63,184 nucleotides of DNA, filler included, from Stramenopiles sp. TOSAG23-2 (GCA_900128395.1; 9 parts of 9 records of this genome joined end to end with filler, not necessarily neighbours in it); one strand, 5' to 3'; positions 51,725 to 62,786 are shown, numbered from the whole stretch's first letter. Numbers and translations: made by a program. Notes: generated from the sequence alone by a model not told the origin.

Positions 51725-51791
51725 GCCCAGTCTGTGCATTAATTACTGACGGAAAATTTAGCACTACATAGCACCAAAAACAAGATTTCAG
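51725..51791. repeat. Dispersed repeat at a contig end; inverted copy at 55165-55231
   Basis: The reverse complement CTGAAATCTTGTTTTT..T.CT.TGTAGTGCTAAATTT...AGTAATTAATGCACAGACTGGGC matches 55165-55231 with several mismatches. Confidence 0.88.
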
Positions 51792-51891
51792 NNNNNNNNN
51801 NNNNNNNNNNNNNNNNNNNNNNNNNNNNNNNNNNNTTAATTAATTAANNNNNNNNNNNNNNNNNNNNNNNNNNNNNNNNNNNNNNNNNNNN

Positions 51892-53419
51892 GTTCTGCTG
51901 CTTTTGTAGACCATTCAACTGCTTTTTTGTAATCCTTTGTAACACCTTGACCATAATAATACATTTCACCAAGATTGTATTGCCCACATGCATTTCCTTT
52001 TTCTGCTGATTTTGTATACCATTCAAGTGCTTTTTTGTAATCTTTTGTAACGCCATTACCATTATCATACATTCTACCAAGATTATATTGACCATCTGCA
52101 TATCCTTGTTCTGCTGATTTTGTATACCATTCAACAGCTTTCGCTTTATCCATTGTAACACCTCGACCATTATCATACATTACGCCAACATTATATTGAC
52201 CAAGTGCATATCCTTGTTCTGCTGATTTTGTATACCATTCAAATGCTTTTTTGTCATCCTTTGTAACACCATAACCAGTATCATACATTACGCCAAGATT
52301 ATATTGACCACTTACATGTCCTTGTTCCGCTGCTTTTGTATACCATTCAACTGTTTTTTTGTCATCCTTTGTAACACCATAACCATTTTGATACATATAA
52401 CCAAGATTATTTTGACCCTGTGCATGTCCTTGTTCTGCTGCTTTTGTATACCATTCAACTGCTTTTTTGTCATCCTTTGTAACACCATAACCATTTTCAT
52501 ACATTGTACCAAGATTATATTGACCACCTGGATATCCTTGTTCTGCTGATTTTGTAAACCATTCAACAGCTTTTTTGTAATCCTTTGTAACACCATTACC
52601 ATTTTCATACATTACACCAAGAGTATGCTGACCAGGTGCAAATCCTTGTTCTGCTGATTTTGTATACCATTCAACTGCTTTTTTGAGATCCTTTGTAACG
52701 CCATGACCATTTTCATACATATAACCAAGATTACATTGACCACGTGCATTTCCTTGTTCTGCTGCTTTTGTATACCATTCAACTGCTTTTTTGAGATCCT
52801 TTGTAACACCTCGACCATTTCGATATATTATGCCAAGATTACATTGACCACCTGCATATCCTTGTTCTGCTGCTTTTGTACACCATTCAAATGCTTTTTT
52901 GTAATCCTTTGTAACACCTTGACCATGATAATACATTCCACCAAGATTAAATTGACCACTTGCATATCCTTGTTCTGCTGATTTTGTATACCATTCAACT
53001 GCTTTTTTGTAATCCTTTGTAACACCATCACCATTTTGATACATACAACCAAGATTATTTTGACCAGGTGCAAATCCTTGTTCTGCTGATTTTGTATACC
53101 ATTCAACTGATTTTTTGTAATCCTGTGTAACACCACGACCATAATAATACATAGCAGCCATTAAATATTGTGCCAAACTATCATCTTTGTTAGTCTTAAT
53201 GTATTTGTTAATTATATTATATCCTTTTTTCTCATCTTTGTCAAAATTACCAAGTCCATGTAAATGACAATATCCTATTGCAAGCTCAAACCCACCATAT
53301 GCCGATGCTTCCATCATAGTTTGATATTTTAATGGTATGAAAACTTTTGAATTATTAATTATTTCATGGTTTAATCCATCTTCAAATAATTTACGAGCAC
53401 CAAGTGACAAATCAACTTC
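51892..53419 (-). CDS. Sel1-like repeat protein, internal fragment with 12 highly similar 36-aa repeats
   Basis: GQ.NLG.MY..G.GVTKD.KKA.EWYTK.AEQG repeated; frame open across the whole contig. Confidence 0.95.
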
Positions 53420-53883
53420 NNNNNNNNNNNNNNNNNNNNNNNNNNNNNNNNNNNNNNNNNNNNTTAATTAATTAANNNNNNNNNNNNNNNNNNNNNNNNN
53501 NNNNNNNNNNNNNNNNNNNTATGGACGCGTATTATATCATAGACTAAAAAAGCTAAATCTCTACGACGTACTTCCGTAGAACGGAGTAGTATAATTAAAT
53601 GCATAACTACTACTCGTACTTCTTCTTCTTCTTATATATATATATATATAATGAAATAAAATTTTATTTTTTTTTAAATACCGGAGGTATATTTATTTAG
53701 ATATATACACATATGTGAAAAAATAAAGTGGTATATATCCAATAATTATCATACGTTTTGGTATGATATATATATTAATCATTACGGTTCGTATTATTTT
53801 TTATCTAGAAAGCACAGTATTTAAAAATCAAAATCTCTCAAAAATATTGTATTTTTACCACGGCGGCGCCCGTATTTCAAATC

Positions 53884-54250
53884 TCACAGTAAATCTACAA
53901 ACACACCATGCCCACTAATACTTCCTAATAATAATGTATTGTTATCATGTAAAAATATGATAGAACTCAAACCTTGCATGGCGCATGAAATTTTTATATT
54001 TTGTTCTGAATAACACACGTTCCAACAATGGCAATACAATCCGTATAAATTGTGCAGCAGCAACGCCAACATACCCTTGTGTTTTTCCATATTCAGTTTT
54101 CATATTTAATATTTCAAATAATGATAATGATGCACATGCAATTGAAAACATACTATTTAAACGATCTAATAATATTAAACATTGGTTTGCTATTGTATTT
54201 TCATTTTTTTCATCATCGTTTACTTTATTTTCCTCTTTTTTTTTGATGCT
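53884..54250 (-). CDS. Probable 3' fragment of an unknown gene, with a possible 1-nt frameshift near 53950
   Basis: Protein-like text (NQCLILLDRLNSMFSIACASL...VAAAQFIRIVLPLLERVLF). One extra T in the T-run would join it to LHDNNTLLLGSISGHGVFVDLL*. Confidence 0.4.
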
Positions 54251-54625
54251 ATGAGACAAAAATTAGCAGAATTAATAAAGCCTATTGGTAGTCAAGAAGA
54301 ATGGGATGAATTTATTCCAACTGTAGGAAAAAAATTACTTGTAATTGATATTCATAAAAAATGGTGTGGTCCATGTGATGTCATGAGACCCACATTTGAA
54401 CGTATATTTTTAAATACGGATGAATGTGATAAAAAATGTGAATTTCTTGCAGTTCATAGTGAGTCTGGTATTAAACAATTGGAACAATATTGTGAAAAAG
54501 CAACTTCAAAACCATATTTTGTATTATGGAAAGATAATGAAGTTGTTGCAAAAGTAGATGGAGCTAATGCACCAGAACTACAAACATTACTATCTGAAAA
54601 TATGCCAAATTTAATGGATGAATAA
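54251..54625 (+). CDS. Thioredoxin-domain protein resembling axonemal (NME8/9 or dynein light-chain type) thioredoxins
   Basis: VIDIHKKWCGPC; VDGANAPEL; ATG at 54251. Confidence 0.85.
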   Translation: MRQKLAELIKPIGSQEEWDEFIPTVGKKLLVIDIHKKWCGPCDVMRPTFERIFLNTDECDKKCEFLAVHSESGIKQLEQYCEKATSKPYFVLWKDNEVVAKVDGANAPELQTLLSENMPNLMDE

Positions 54626-54952
54626 AAATACGGTGTCCCCAACCGTCACACTACATATGTATATGTTATATTACATTATATGATATACATAAATAATTTG
54701 TGCGTGTTATATATATAATATGATATGTATTATAATAAATATAAATAATCATAATATATATATGGTGTCATTTTTATAAATAGGATATATTGTGTCATTT
54801 TTATAAAATAGGATATATGGTGCGCGTATGCAATTAAGAAAAAGTATTACAGAGTGATTATTATTTAGCCGCGTGTTTGTTTTAAAACTTATATTTTATA
54901 TATAATTTATTTTTATCGTAATATTTTTTCGTACCACACACACATCATTTCA

Positions 54953-55047
54953 TTATCTTGCTCGTGTTGATGAAACAATAAATAAATTTAATGAAGCATC
55001 TCTATCATTTCTTCTTCTAACACTAGCAGTGTGAGGACGTCTACTAT
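54953..55047 (-). CDS. 3' end of a gene cut by the contig edge (...SRRPHTASVRRRNDRDASLNLFIVSSTRAR*)
   Basis: Own translation; frame open from the contig end to a TAA, followed by an AT-rich 3' region. Confidence 0.5.
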
Positions 55048-55495
55048 NNNNNNNNNNNNNNNNNNNNNNNNNNNNNNNNNNNNNNNNNNNNTTAATTAAT
55101 TAANNNNNNNNNNNNNNNNNNNNNNNNNNNNNNNNNNNNNNNNNNNNCCGATAAATATTTTCACCTGAAATCTTGTTTTTAGTTCTGTGTAGTGCTAAAT
55201 TTATCGGAAGTAATTAATGCACAGACTGGGCCTGCCCAGCTTGCCTTAGCTTGCTGGGCTTGCCCAGCTTGCAATCGGGAGACAATATTATTATTATTAT
55301 ATTATTATTATTACCAGGATTTGCAACATTTGTTGTATCGTATATTTATCATTCTTTTTTTGATGATGATGAAGAATGTATAATATGTACACATGACGTT
55401 GTAAGAATCACCATCTTTTTAACCGGTTTTGGTGGGAAAAATACACGCCTATTGGTTAAGCATATACACTGTATCGAGCGCAGCGTTCAAAAAGG

Positions 55496-56309
55496 AAAAA
55501 AAAAAGAAAAAAAAAGAAAAAGCAGAAGAAAAAAAAGAAGATGGAAAAAGTACAAGATAAAAGTGAAAACCACAGCCATGATATAATACAAGATAAAATC
55601 ACCCCTGTTGTGACCAGCAGCAACACAGAACGGGGCAAATATAATGATTCCGATTCTTCAATAACTTCAAACGAGGTCTCTTATTTCCAATATCATAACA
55701 ACGCTGCCAGTGAATATCATAGCCAAACACAAGAGGAACATTCAAATTTGATGGAATTTAAATATGCTGATACAGTTGATGCCGTTCGAACTAGTAGAGC
55801 AGTTATTCGTATACAGAAGCATTGGAGGGCAAAGAAATCGAGGGAGAAATTCTGGGAGATGATAAATGCATTATGTAGTGACCATCGCATTGATAGTTTG
55901 CTAAATAGAGCAAAGCAAACTGTTGAGGAATTGCAAAATAAAGCATCTAATAACGAAAGGTCTAATGTAAATAATTCTGAAAAGTCTCATCAAGAGAAAA
56001 AGAAAAAAAAGAAAAAGAAATTGGAGAGAAAGAAAAAAAAAAGAAAAAAAAAGAAAAAGCAGAAGAAAAAAAAGAAGATGGAAAAAGTACAAGATAAAAG
56101 TGAAAACCACAGCCATGATATAATACAAGATAAAATCACCCCTGTTGTGACCAGCAGCAACACAGAACGGGGCAAATATAATGATTCCGATTCTTCAATA
56201 ACTTCAAACGAGTCCTCTTATTTCCAATATCATAACAACGCTGCCAGTGAATATCATAGCCAAACACAAGAGGAACGTTCTAATTTGATGGAATTTAAAT
56301 ATGCTGATA
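55496..56309 (+). repeat. Direct repeat of about 275 bp (about 55496-55772 and 56033-56309; period 537 nt)
   Basis: Near-identical DNA with only a few substitutions. Confidence 0.92.
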
Positions 56310-56566
56310 GTACTTCCTCGTCAAGCTCAGATGAACCAAGCTTTTTAGGGATCCAGCACGGTGTTATGAAAACGCATTTTCTAAAAGGGCGCGACGAAGG
56401 GTATGGTGGGGAAATTATTACTGAAGCAAACGCAGAGAATTTACATACGAAACAAACAGTCGTCAAAAGCCAGTTTCCTAAAAACGACAATAGTGACGCG
56501 ATTCGTAGATTTGACGACTCCGAATCGTTATCTGATAAATCGTCAATTTCGGAAGAGATGATATAG
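55541..56566 (+). CDS. Low-complexity protein with an IQ motif, a poly-Lys tract and a recent internal duplication
   Basis: AVIRIQKHWRAKKSRE; block MEKVQDKSE...EFKYAD present twice. Confidence 0.6.
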   Translation: MEKVQDKSENHSHDIIQDKITPVVTSSNTERGKYNDSDSSITSNEVSYFQYHNNAASEYHSQTQEEHSNLMEFKYADTVDAVRTSRAVIRIQKHWRAKKSREKFWEMINALCSDHRIDSLLNRAKQTVEELQNKASNNERSNVNNSEKSHQEKKKKKKKKLERKKKKRKKKKKQKKKKKMEKVQDKSENHSHDIIQDKITPVVTSSNTERGKYNDSDSSITSNESSYFQYHNNAASEYHSQTQEERSNLMEFKYADSTSSSSSDEPSFLGIQHGVMKTHFLKGRDEGYGGEIITEANAENLHTKQTVVKSQFPKNDNSDAIRRFDDSESLSDKSSISEEMI

Positions 56567-56840
56567 ATATATCATACAATATACATAGTATACACATATT
56601 TAAAAGAGAAGGTTGTTGTAAATATTATTTAATTTACGCATAATTTATTTTTAATTTACTCATGATAATTCCTACNNNNNNNNNNNNNNNNNNNNNNNNN
56701 NNNNNNNNNNNNNNNNNNNTTAATTAATTAANNNNNNNNNNNNNNNNNNNNNNNNNNNNNNNNNNNNNNNNNNNNTGGAAATACAAATTACCACCGGTCC
56801 ATTTATAATGATGCAAAAAAATATATTACATTCTTTTTAT

Positions 56841-57697
56841 TTATAATTTTGATGGCATTGGTGGTGGATCTGTATCTGCATACGATTCATATCCAATAAA
56901 ATTAGGTTTTCGTTTCTCAGCAACTGCTTCAATACCTTCTCTGCAATCTTCTGTACTATAACCATATGATTGTGCATCTGCTTCCCTCCACAATGCTCTA
57001 TCCAAACCTTCATCTTGTTTCATACGCAAGGAACGGACTGTTGCTCGTACTGCAATAGGTCCTTGTGATGCAATTCTTGCTGCCAATTCCATTGCAGCTT
57101 TTTGTGCTGATTCACCATCAGGTGTCGTTTGTGAGACAAGACGCAATTCTTTCGCTTCTTTACCAGATACAATATCACCTGTTAACAACATTCTCATTGC
57201 AACTTCCATACCGGCAATACTTGCAATCAAATGTGTCGCACCCATGCCTGGGTGCAAGCCTAAACCTACAAATGTGAAGCCTAACTTAGCCTTTTCAGAT
57301 GCAATACGAATGTCACATGCCATCGCAAAGCAAAATCCTGCACCAATTGCAGCACCATTTAATGCACATATCACAGGTATTGGAATTTCTCTTACACGTA
57401 AAAATTTATTATAAAAATCATGCATGATTTTAGAGTTACGTGATGGGGTGTCGCGTGTACGTAATCTCAGCCAATCTAAATCGCCCCCAGCAGAAAATGC
57501 ACGACCAGATCCGGTCACAACAGCACAACCATATTCAGATGGATCGTCTACTAACTGTGTTACTATATCTNNNNNNNNNNNNNNNNNNNNNNNNNNNNNN
57601 NNNNNNNNNNNNNNNNNNNNNNNNTTTTTTCTACTCTGTTAATGGTTATCAGTGCAACGCGGCCAACTTTTGTTAATGTTACTGCAGGTTTTGACAT
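56841..57697 (-). CDS. Enoyl-CoA hydratase/isomerase (crotonase) family, peroxisomal (-SKL); spans a scaffold gap at 57571-57624
   Basis: N-terminus MSKPAVTLTKVGRVALITINRVEK read by hand at 57697-57625; TGSGRAFSAGGDL, ALNGAAIGAG, ACDIRIA, GLHPGMG; ends PSKL. Confidence 0.93.
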
Positions 57698-58200
57698 GAT
57701 TTAGTAATTATTATTATTATTATTATTTGTCCTATTATCTGTATTATTATGAATATCTAAATATAATTTATTTATATATATATATATATATCGTTCAATT
57801 ATCCTATGTATTTCTACTAAAGACGACGACTGCTTTCTATGTATATATATATATATATATTGCAACCATTTCTATTTCTATATGTTGTAATACTTTACCA
57901 TTATTATGTAAAAAAAGTATAAATAATTATGTATATATTATACCATACGTGCGACTGAGGAGAGATGATCCTTTAAAAATTTTAGGTTCTTTTAAGGGGT
58001 ATACTATTTGTTAAGGTATTCCCTGGTTTTTCTTCCCCTCTTAGTATGAATTATTAGTACCCTCTATCTAAAAAAGTACTATATAAATGGTTCTTTATCA
58101 TCTTTAATTAAGGTATTAATATTTCCTGGGGTGCCCTGGTATAGCCCTGGTATTAAAATTATTCCGTCTTTGAATTTAGTAGATTATACAGCAGCGGATC

Positions 58201-58303
58201 GCAGTGCTACAGTACCCTCTAAAACATACCAAAACTGTAAAAACATCACAAAACTGTACACTTCACAAATAACACTATTCACTATGGGAAATATGTAAAT
58301 ATC
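58201..58303 (+). mobile_element. Diverged left end of the MITE family seen at 20257, truncated by the contig end
   Basis: GCAGTGCTAC...ACCCTCTAAA...AAAACTGTACACTT...AAATAACACTATTCACTATGGGAAATATGTA.ATATC. Confidence 0.88.
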
Positions 58304-58403
58304 NNNNNNNNNNNNNNNNNNNNNNNNNNNNNNNNNNNNNNNNNNNNTTAATTAATTAANNNNNNNNNNNNNNNNNNNNNNNNNNNNNNNNNNNNNNNNN
58401 NNN

Positions 58404-58786
58404 GTGTCCACATCTCTTTCCCGAATATTCGGGTTTAGCTTCCCATCATCAGCTCCCGGAGGTACTTTCCACTTGAAACTTATCTCGTTGTTCTCATTGT
58501 CGTTGTTCTCGTGATCCTTCTTTTTTTCCCCTTCGTCGCCGCCGTTGCTCCCAAACGCTCCATCAAACGCCTCCGCGCCTTCCGTTAAATATTTCGTCAC
58601 CACCTCTTTAATCAATCCTTTTTTCTCGCTCAAATCCATGTTCAAACATTCCTCCGACCCGAGTTTTTTCCTGATCATCTTCTCCGTCATCACGTTCATG
58701 TCGCACGTTTTCAGCAATCGAACCAACTCTTTCGCGATGGTGTCGTCATCGACGACTTTTTTATCGTCGTTGTTCGTCGCATTCGT

Positions 58787-58827
<41 letters not shown>

Positions 58828-59308
58828 CGTTCGTCGCATTCGTCGTCGCGGCGTTCTCTGCTTTTTCTTCCTCTTTCTCTCGCACGACGCCGTAATTCAC
58901 TCCTCCGTGTCGTTCCAGCCAATCGAAGACGTCTCGGATCATGGTTTCTTCGTAATTGGTCACTCGTTCGATCACCTCCGTCACGTCCAATCGTCTTTTC
59001 ACGTCTCTCCTCCACGCGGCGACGATCGTGTTCCTCACCCCGAGATAGTGCGCTTCGGCGCGTCCGTCTTTCAGTTGGTGTTGAAAGGCTTTCTTCTCGA
59101 GAAACGAGACGCGCTCGAAATCGAGACCCGCCGAGGCAGCGGCGCGTTGCTCTTCCGACACGGGCGCACGATTCCCCTCGGAATCGGAGCCATCAAAGTC
59201 GTCGTCGTCGCCTCCGTCGTTCGTGTCGAACAAGTCGTCCAAGACGAACTTCGACGCGCGGCGGTACCCGACGCGACGTCGGTGGTGGTGGTGGTGGTCC
59301 GACGACAT
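58404..59308 (-). CDS. N-terminal part of a SWIRM + DEK-C domain protein (probably an LSD1-like histone demethylase) on a compositionally foreign contig
   Basis: SWIRM: HYLGVRNTIVAAWRRDV...VFDWLERHGGVNYG. DEK-C: LLKTCDMNVMTEKMIRKKL....MDLSEKKGLIKEVV. Truncated by the spacer. Confidence 0.8.
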
Positions 59309-59726
59309 CTTCTTCTTCTTCTTCTTTGCGCGTGGTCGTCGTTATTGTGTGTCCAATCAACACTAAAACAACACCAACAACAACTCGAGAGAGAGAGAGA
59401 AGTCCTTCCTTCAAAATGTCCCTCTTTTTTGTCCACCCCGAGAAAAGAAAAGAAAAAAAAGGAGAAACTGTTTTGAGGAGAGAGTTTAGGGTTTTTGAAA
59501 CAAACAAAAACAAAAAAAAACTTTCCTTCTTTTTAGTCCTTCCTTTGTACAAGGGAAAAGAGGTCTCTCTCTCTCTCTCTGTTTCAAAAAAGTTCATCAC
59601 AAAAAAGCTTTAATAAGCGCACACGACGAATCTCTGGTACACCCACACAAAAACGCGAAGAAGGAAGGAAGGAAGGAAAACAAACCAAAAACGACGCCTC
59701 TTTATTACTACCTACCCGCTATTATT

Positions 59727-59930
59727 ATGACGCAAAGAAGGAAGAAACAGACGCACTACGACGTCCTCGAGGTGACTCCAGAGGCGACGCAGGCGGAAAT
59801 CCGGAAAGCGTACCATAAATTAGCGATACAATGCCACCCGGACAAATCGACGGCATTGGAATGCAAAGAAGAGAAAACGGAACAGTTTAAGAAGATATCG
59901 GCGGCGTACACGTGCCTCTCCGATCCGAAT
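59727..59930 (+). CDS. DnaJ (J-domain) protein, 5' fragment
   Basis: HYDVLEV...EIRKAYHKLA..CHPDK...FKKISAAY..LSDP. Confidence 0.93.
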
Positions 59931-60030
59931 NNNNNNNNNNNNNNNNNNNNNNNNNNNNNNNNNNNNNNNNNNNNTTAATTAATTAANNNNNNNNNNNNNN
60001 NNNNNNNNNNNNNNNNNNNNNNNNNNNNNN

Positions 60031-61390
60031 TATATTTCGCTATTTCACTTTTCAATTTCATCGTCGCCATCACTGCTTTTTTAGGATCGGTAAATATCCA
60101 TAAAACATCTTCTAATTCATTTCCATCAAATGCACTTAACACTGGTCTTATTAAATCTAAAGCAAGGAATTTCAATCTTAAACCAGCCTCTGCTCCTGCC
60201 TCTGCTTCGATATGTTCAAAATCAAATTCAAACATTAATGCCGAATAAGGATTCATAAATTTTGTATGGATCTCCTCATCAATGTTTTTAACATCTGCAG
60301 TTGGATCGTGCCTAGATACTAATTCTTTTAGACTAGGGTGTAAATAACGCAAATCATCTGTTTTTACTAATTCGGTTTCTAATGCAGCAGTCTCGCCACT
60401 AACTTCAAAAATTTCACCATCTTCAGCTTCATCTGGGTTTTCAATTTTTTTAAATTCTGTTTTTACAAAGTTTGGGTTTTTAGAAACAACATCCGTCACC
60501 TCTTTGCTAAACAATACACTAGTTTTAGCGCATAAATCTTCTCCAATATGATACGCGATATTTGCTACTTTTCCATGTAATTTACCTTGTTTATCTACAA
60601 CTACACCTTGGCCACAATGAACACCGATGCCATTTAATTTTATCTTGTAATGGTCACGTTCTGGTGTCAATGATTCCTTATATTCTTTTATAACTTTTTG
60701 CATTTCCAACGCAGCGTGTGCTGCTTGATGAGTATCAGGGAAAATTACAATGAAATTATCAGCTTCTGTTCCGATATAAATAGCACCTCGCCTTTTTAAA
60801 ATTGGTAAGCAAAGTTGTCTCATACGTACTATTACACTTGCAAAGTGTACAATACCATATTTACGTGTAGTCGAAGTAAAGCCACTTAAATCAGACACAA
60901 GAACTGCCACGTTCATATCAGCATACGATACTCGTATCCATGATTGAAGTTTTTGTATAGCTTTTTGATCTTCGCTTGTTAATTCTGGTAGTTCTTCCTC
61001 AGTATGATGTGCTCCTTCTTCCACATGCAACGAGTTATGACGTGTTAATGGTGACTTTGACGGGGATTCCTTTGCCGTTTGTAAGTCTTTAATAAATTTT
61101 TTACGTAATTGTTTATTCACTGCTGGAGATCCAAGTGAAACTGCTGAATCTTGTTTAATGCGATGTTTATTTTTAGAGTCTTTCATACGCTGTTGATGTT
61201 CTTGCCGTTGCATCATATCCGCCTCTGCTGCAACATCTGCTAATAATTTACGTAAGCGTACAACTTCCTCTTGTGCAGAGACACCACGTGGAGTTTTTAT
61301 ATCTGCCCCATCTACAGGTTTTTGTAATTCTACATTTAAATCCGTAAATGCTTGCGACGTTTGATATTGGCTACTAACACCACCACCCAT
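60031..61390 (-). CDS. Class III nucleotide cyclase-like protein, probably N-myristoylated, with a second degenerate cyclase-like domain; 3'-truncated
   Basis: MGGGVSS start at 61390; VAVLVSDLSGFT, GTEADNFIVIF, GIGVHCG, GKVANIAYHIGED. Confidence 0.82.
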
Positions 61391-61662
61391 GACTGTATTT
61401 GTTTTCGTAAACAAACAATAACGACAAAATTATATATATATATATATTACAACAACACTGTACCTTTTTCTTCTTCTTCTGAATATATATAATGATCCTC
61501 TTATGTTTTAATGTGAGTAAATAAATAATATATTAAAGGCTTTATTATATATATATTNNNNNNNNNNNNNNNNNNNNNNNNNNNNNNNNNNNNNNNNNNN
61601 NTTAATTAATTAANNNNNNNNNNNNNNNNNNNNNNNNNNNNNNNNNNNNNNNNNNNNATGCA

Positions 61663-62613
61663 ATGATAAATATGTTTGCGAAAACATGTAAAAAATTTCT
61701 TGAATATGATCCCTTGCGTTGTTATTATTTTAGAGTTGTATTAACAAAAAAATATGGAGTCAATTTTGATGACAGTAGAATAACTTTGGATGGAAAGAAC
61801 ATCTGTGATGAGGATTTACAAAGTATTGGTGAAGCATTAAAAGGAAACAATACATTGACATACTTGGACCTAGATAATAATAATATTACAGATGTACAAA
61901 GTATTGTTGAATTGTTAAAAACAAATAATACATTAGAGACATTGTACCTAAATAGTAATAATATTACTGATGTACAAAGTATTGGTGAAGGATTAAAAAC
62001 AAACAATACATTAAAGTGGTTGATCCTAGGTGATAATAATATTACTGATGTACAAAGTATTGGTGAAGGACTAAAAACAAACAATGCATTAGAGACATTG
62101 GACCTACATAATAATAATATTACTGATGTACAAAGTATTGGTGAAGGATTAAAAACAAACCATACATTAACGGCATTGAACCTAGATAATACTAATATTA
62201 CTGATGTACAAAGTATTGGCGAAGGATTAAGAACAAACAATACTTTAAAGGAATTGGACCTAGATAATAATAATATTACTGATGTACAAAGTATTGGTGA
62301 AGGATTAAAAACAAACAATACATTAAAGTGGTTGATCCTAGGTGATAATAATATTACTGATGTACAAAGTATTGGTGAAGCATTGAAAACAAACAATACA
62401 TTAAAGTGGTTGATCCTTAATATTACTGATGATAGTGGAATACAAAGTATTATTGATGTATTAAAAACAAACAATACATTAAATGACTTGCACCTATATA
62501 ATAATCAACTTAGTGATAATATGTGCTCACAATTAAAAGCTATAATGGAATATAAAGAAGATGGATCAAACGGGTATCAACAAGTGGAAGAGATGGTGAT
62601 ATACTGCTGGTAA
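61663..62613 (+). CDS. RI/NLRC3-like leucine-rich repeat protein (26-aa units), possibly 5'-truncated
   Basis: NITDVQSIGEGLKTNNTLxxLxLxxN repeated about 8-9 times with a 78-bp period. Confidence 0.9.
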   Translation: MINMFAKTCKKFLEYDPLRCYYFRVVLTKKYGVNFDDSRITLDGKNICDEDLQSIGEALKGNNTLTYLDLDNNNITDVQSIVELLKTNNTLETLYLNSNNITDVQSIGEGLKTNNTLKWLILGDNNITDVQSIGEGLKTNNALETLDLHNNNITDVQSIGEGLKTNHTLTALNLDNTNITDVQSIGEGLRTNNTLKELDLDNNNITDVQSIGEGLKTNNTLKWLILGDNNITDVQSIGEALKTNNTLKWLILNITDDSGIQSIIDVLKTNNTLNDLHLYNNQLSDNMCSQLKAIMEYKEDGSNGYQQVEEMVIYCW

Positions 62614-62706
62614 TAATATAATATATATTTGTTTGTATACTACCAACCACATTATACCTATATATACTCGAAATTATTATTATGAAAATTTTTGTTCGGA
62701 GATATA

Positions 62707-62786
62707 TAAAAAACGATATACCAAAATGGGAATTATGGTAATATTTAAAAAACGATATCCCTATAATGGGAATTATGGTAGTATTT
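62707..62786. repeat. Two-copy tandem repeat of about 40 bp downstream of the LRR gene
   Basis: AAAAAACGATAT..C...AATGGGAATTATGGTA.TATTT twice. Confidence 0.8.

Noticed and set aside
51844..53142. Several alternative-frame ORFs over the Sel1 gene
   Set aside because: Frame shadows of a tandem repeat.
58545..59613. Multiple overlapping ORFs in the GC-rich contig
   Set aside because: Expected from low stop-codon frequency; only the SWIRM/DEK-C and DnaJ frames show domains.
61810..62420. Repeat-with-variable-spacer pattern resembling a CRISPR array (also 21540-21840 and 51892-53150)
   Set aside because: Periods are multiples of three (78, 75 and 108 bp) and encode protein repeats; no cas genes; eukaryotic context.
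61725..62474. 249-aa antisense ORF
   Set aside because: Shadow of the LRR repeat.
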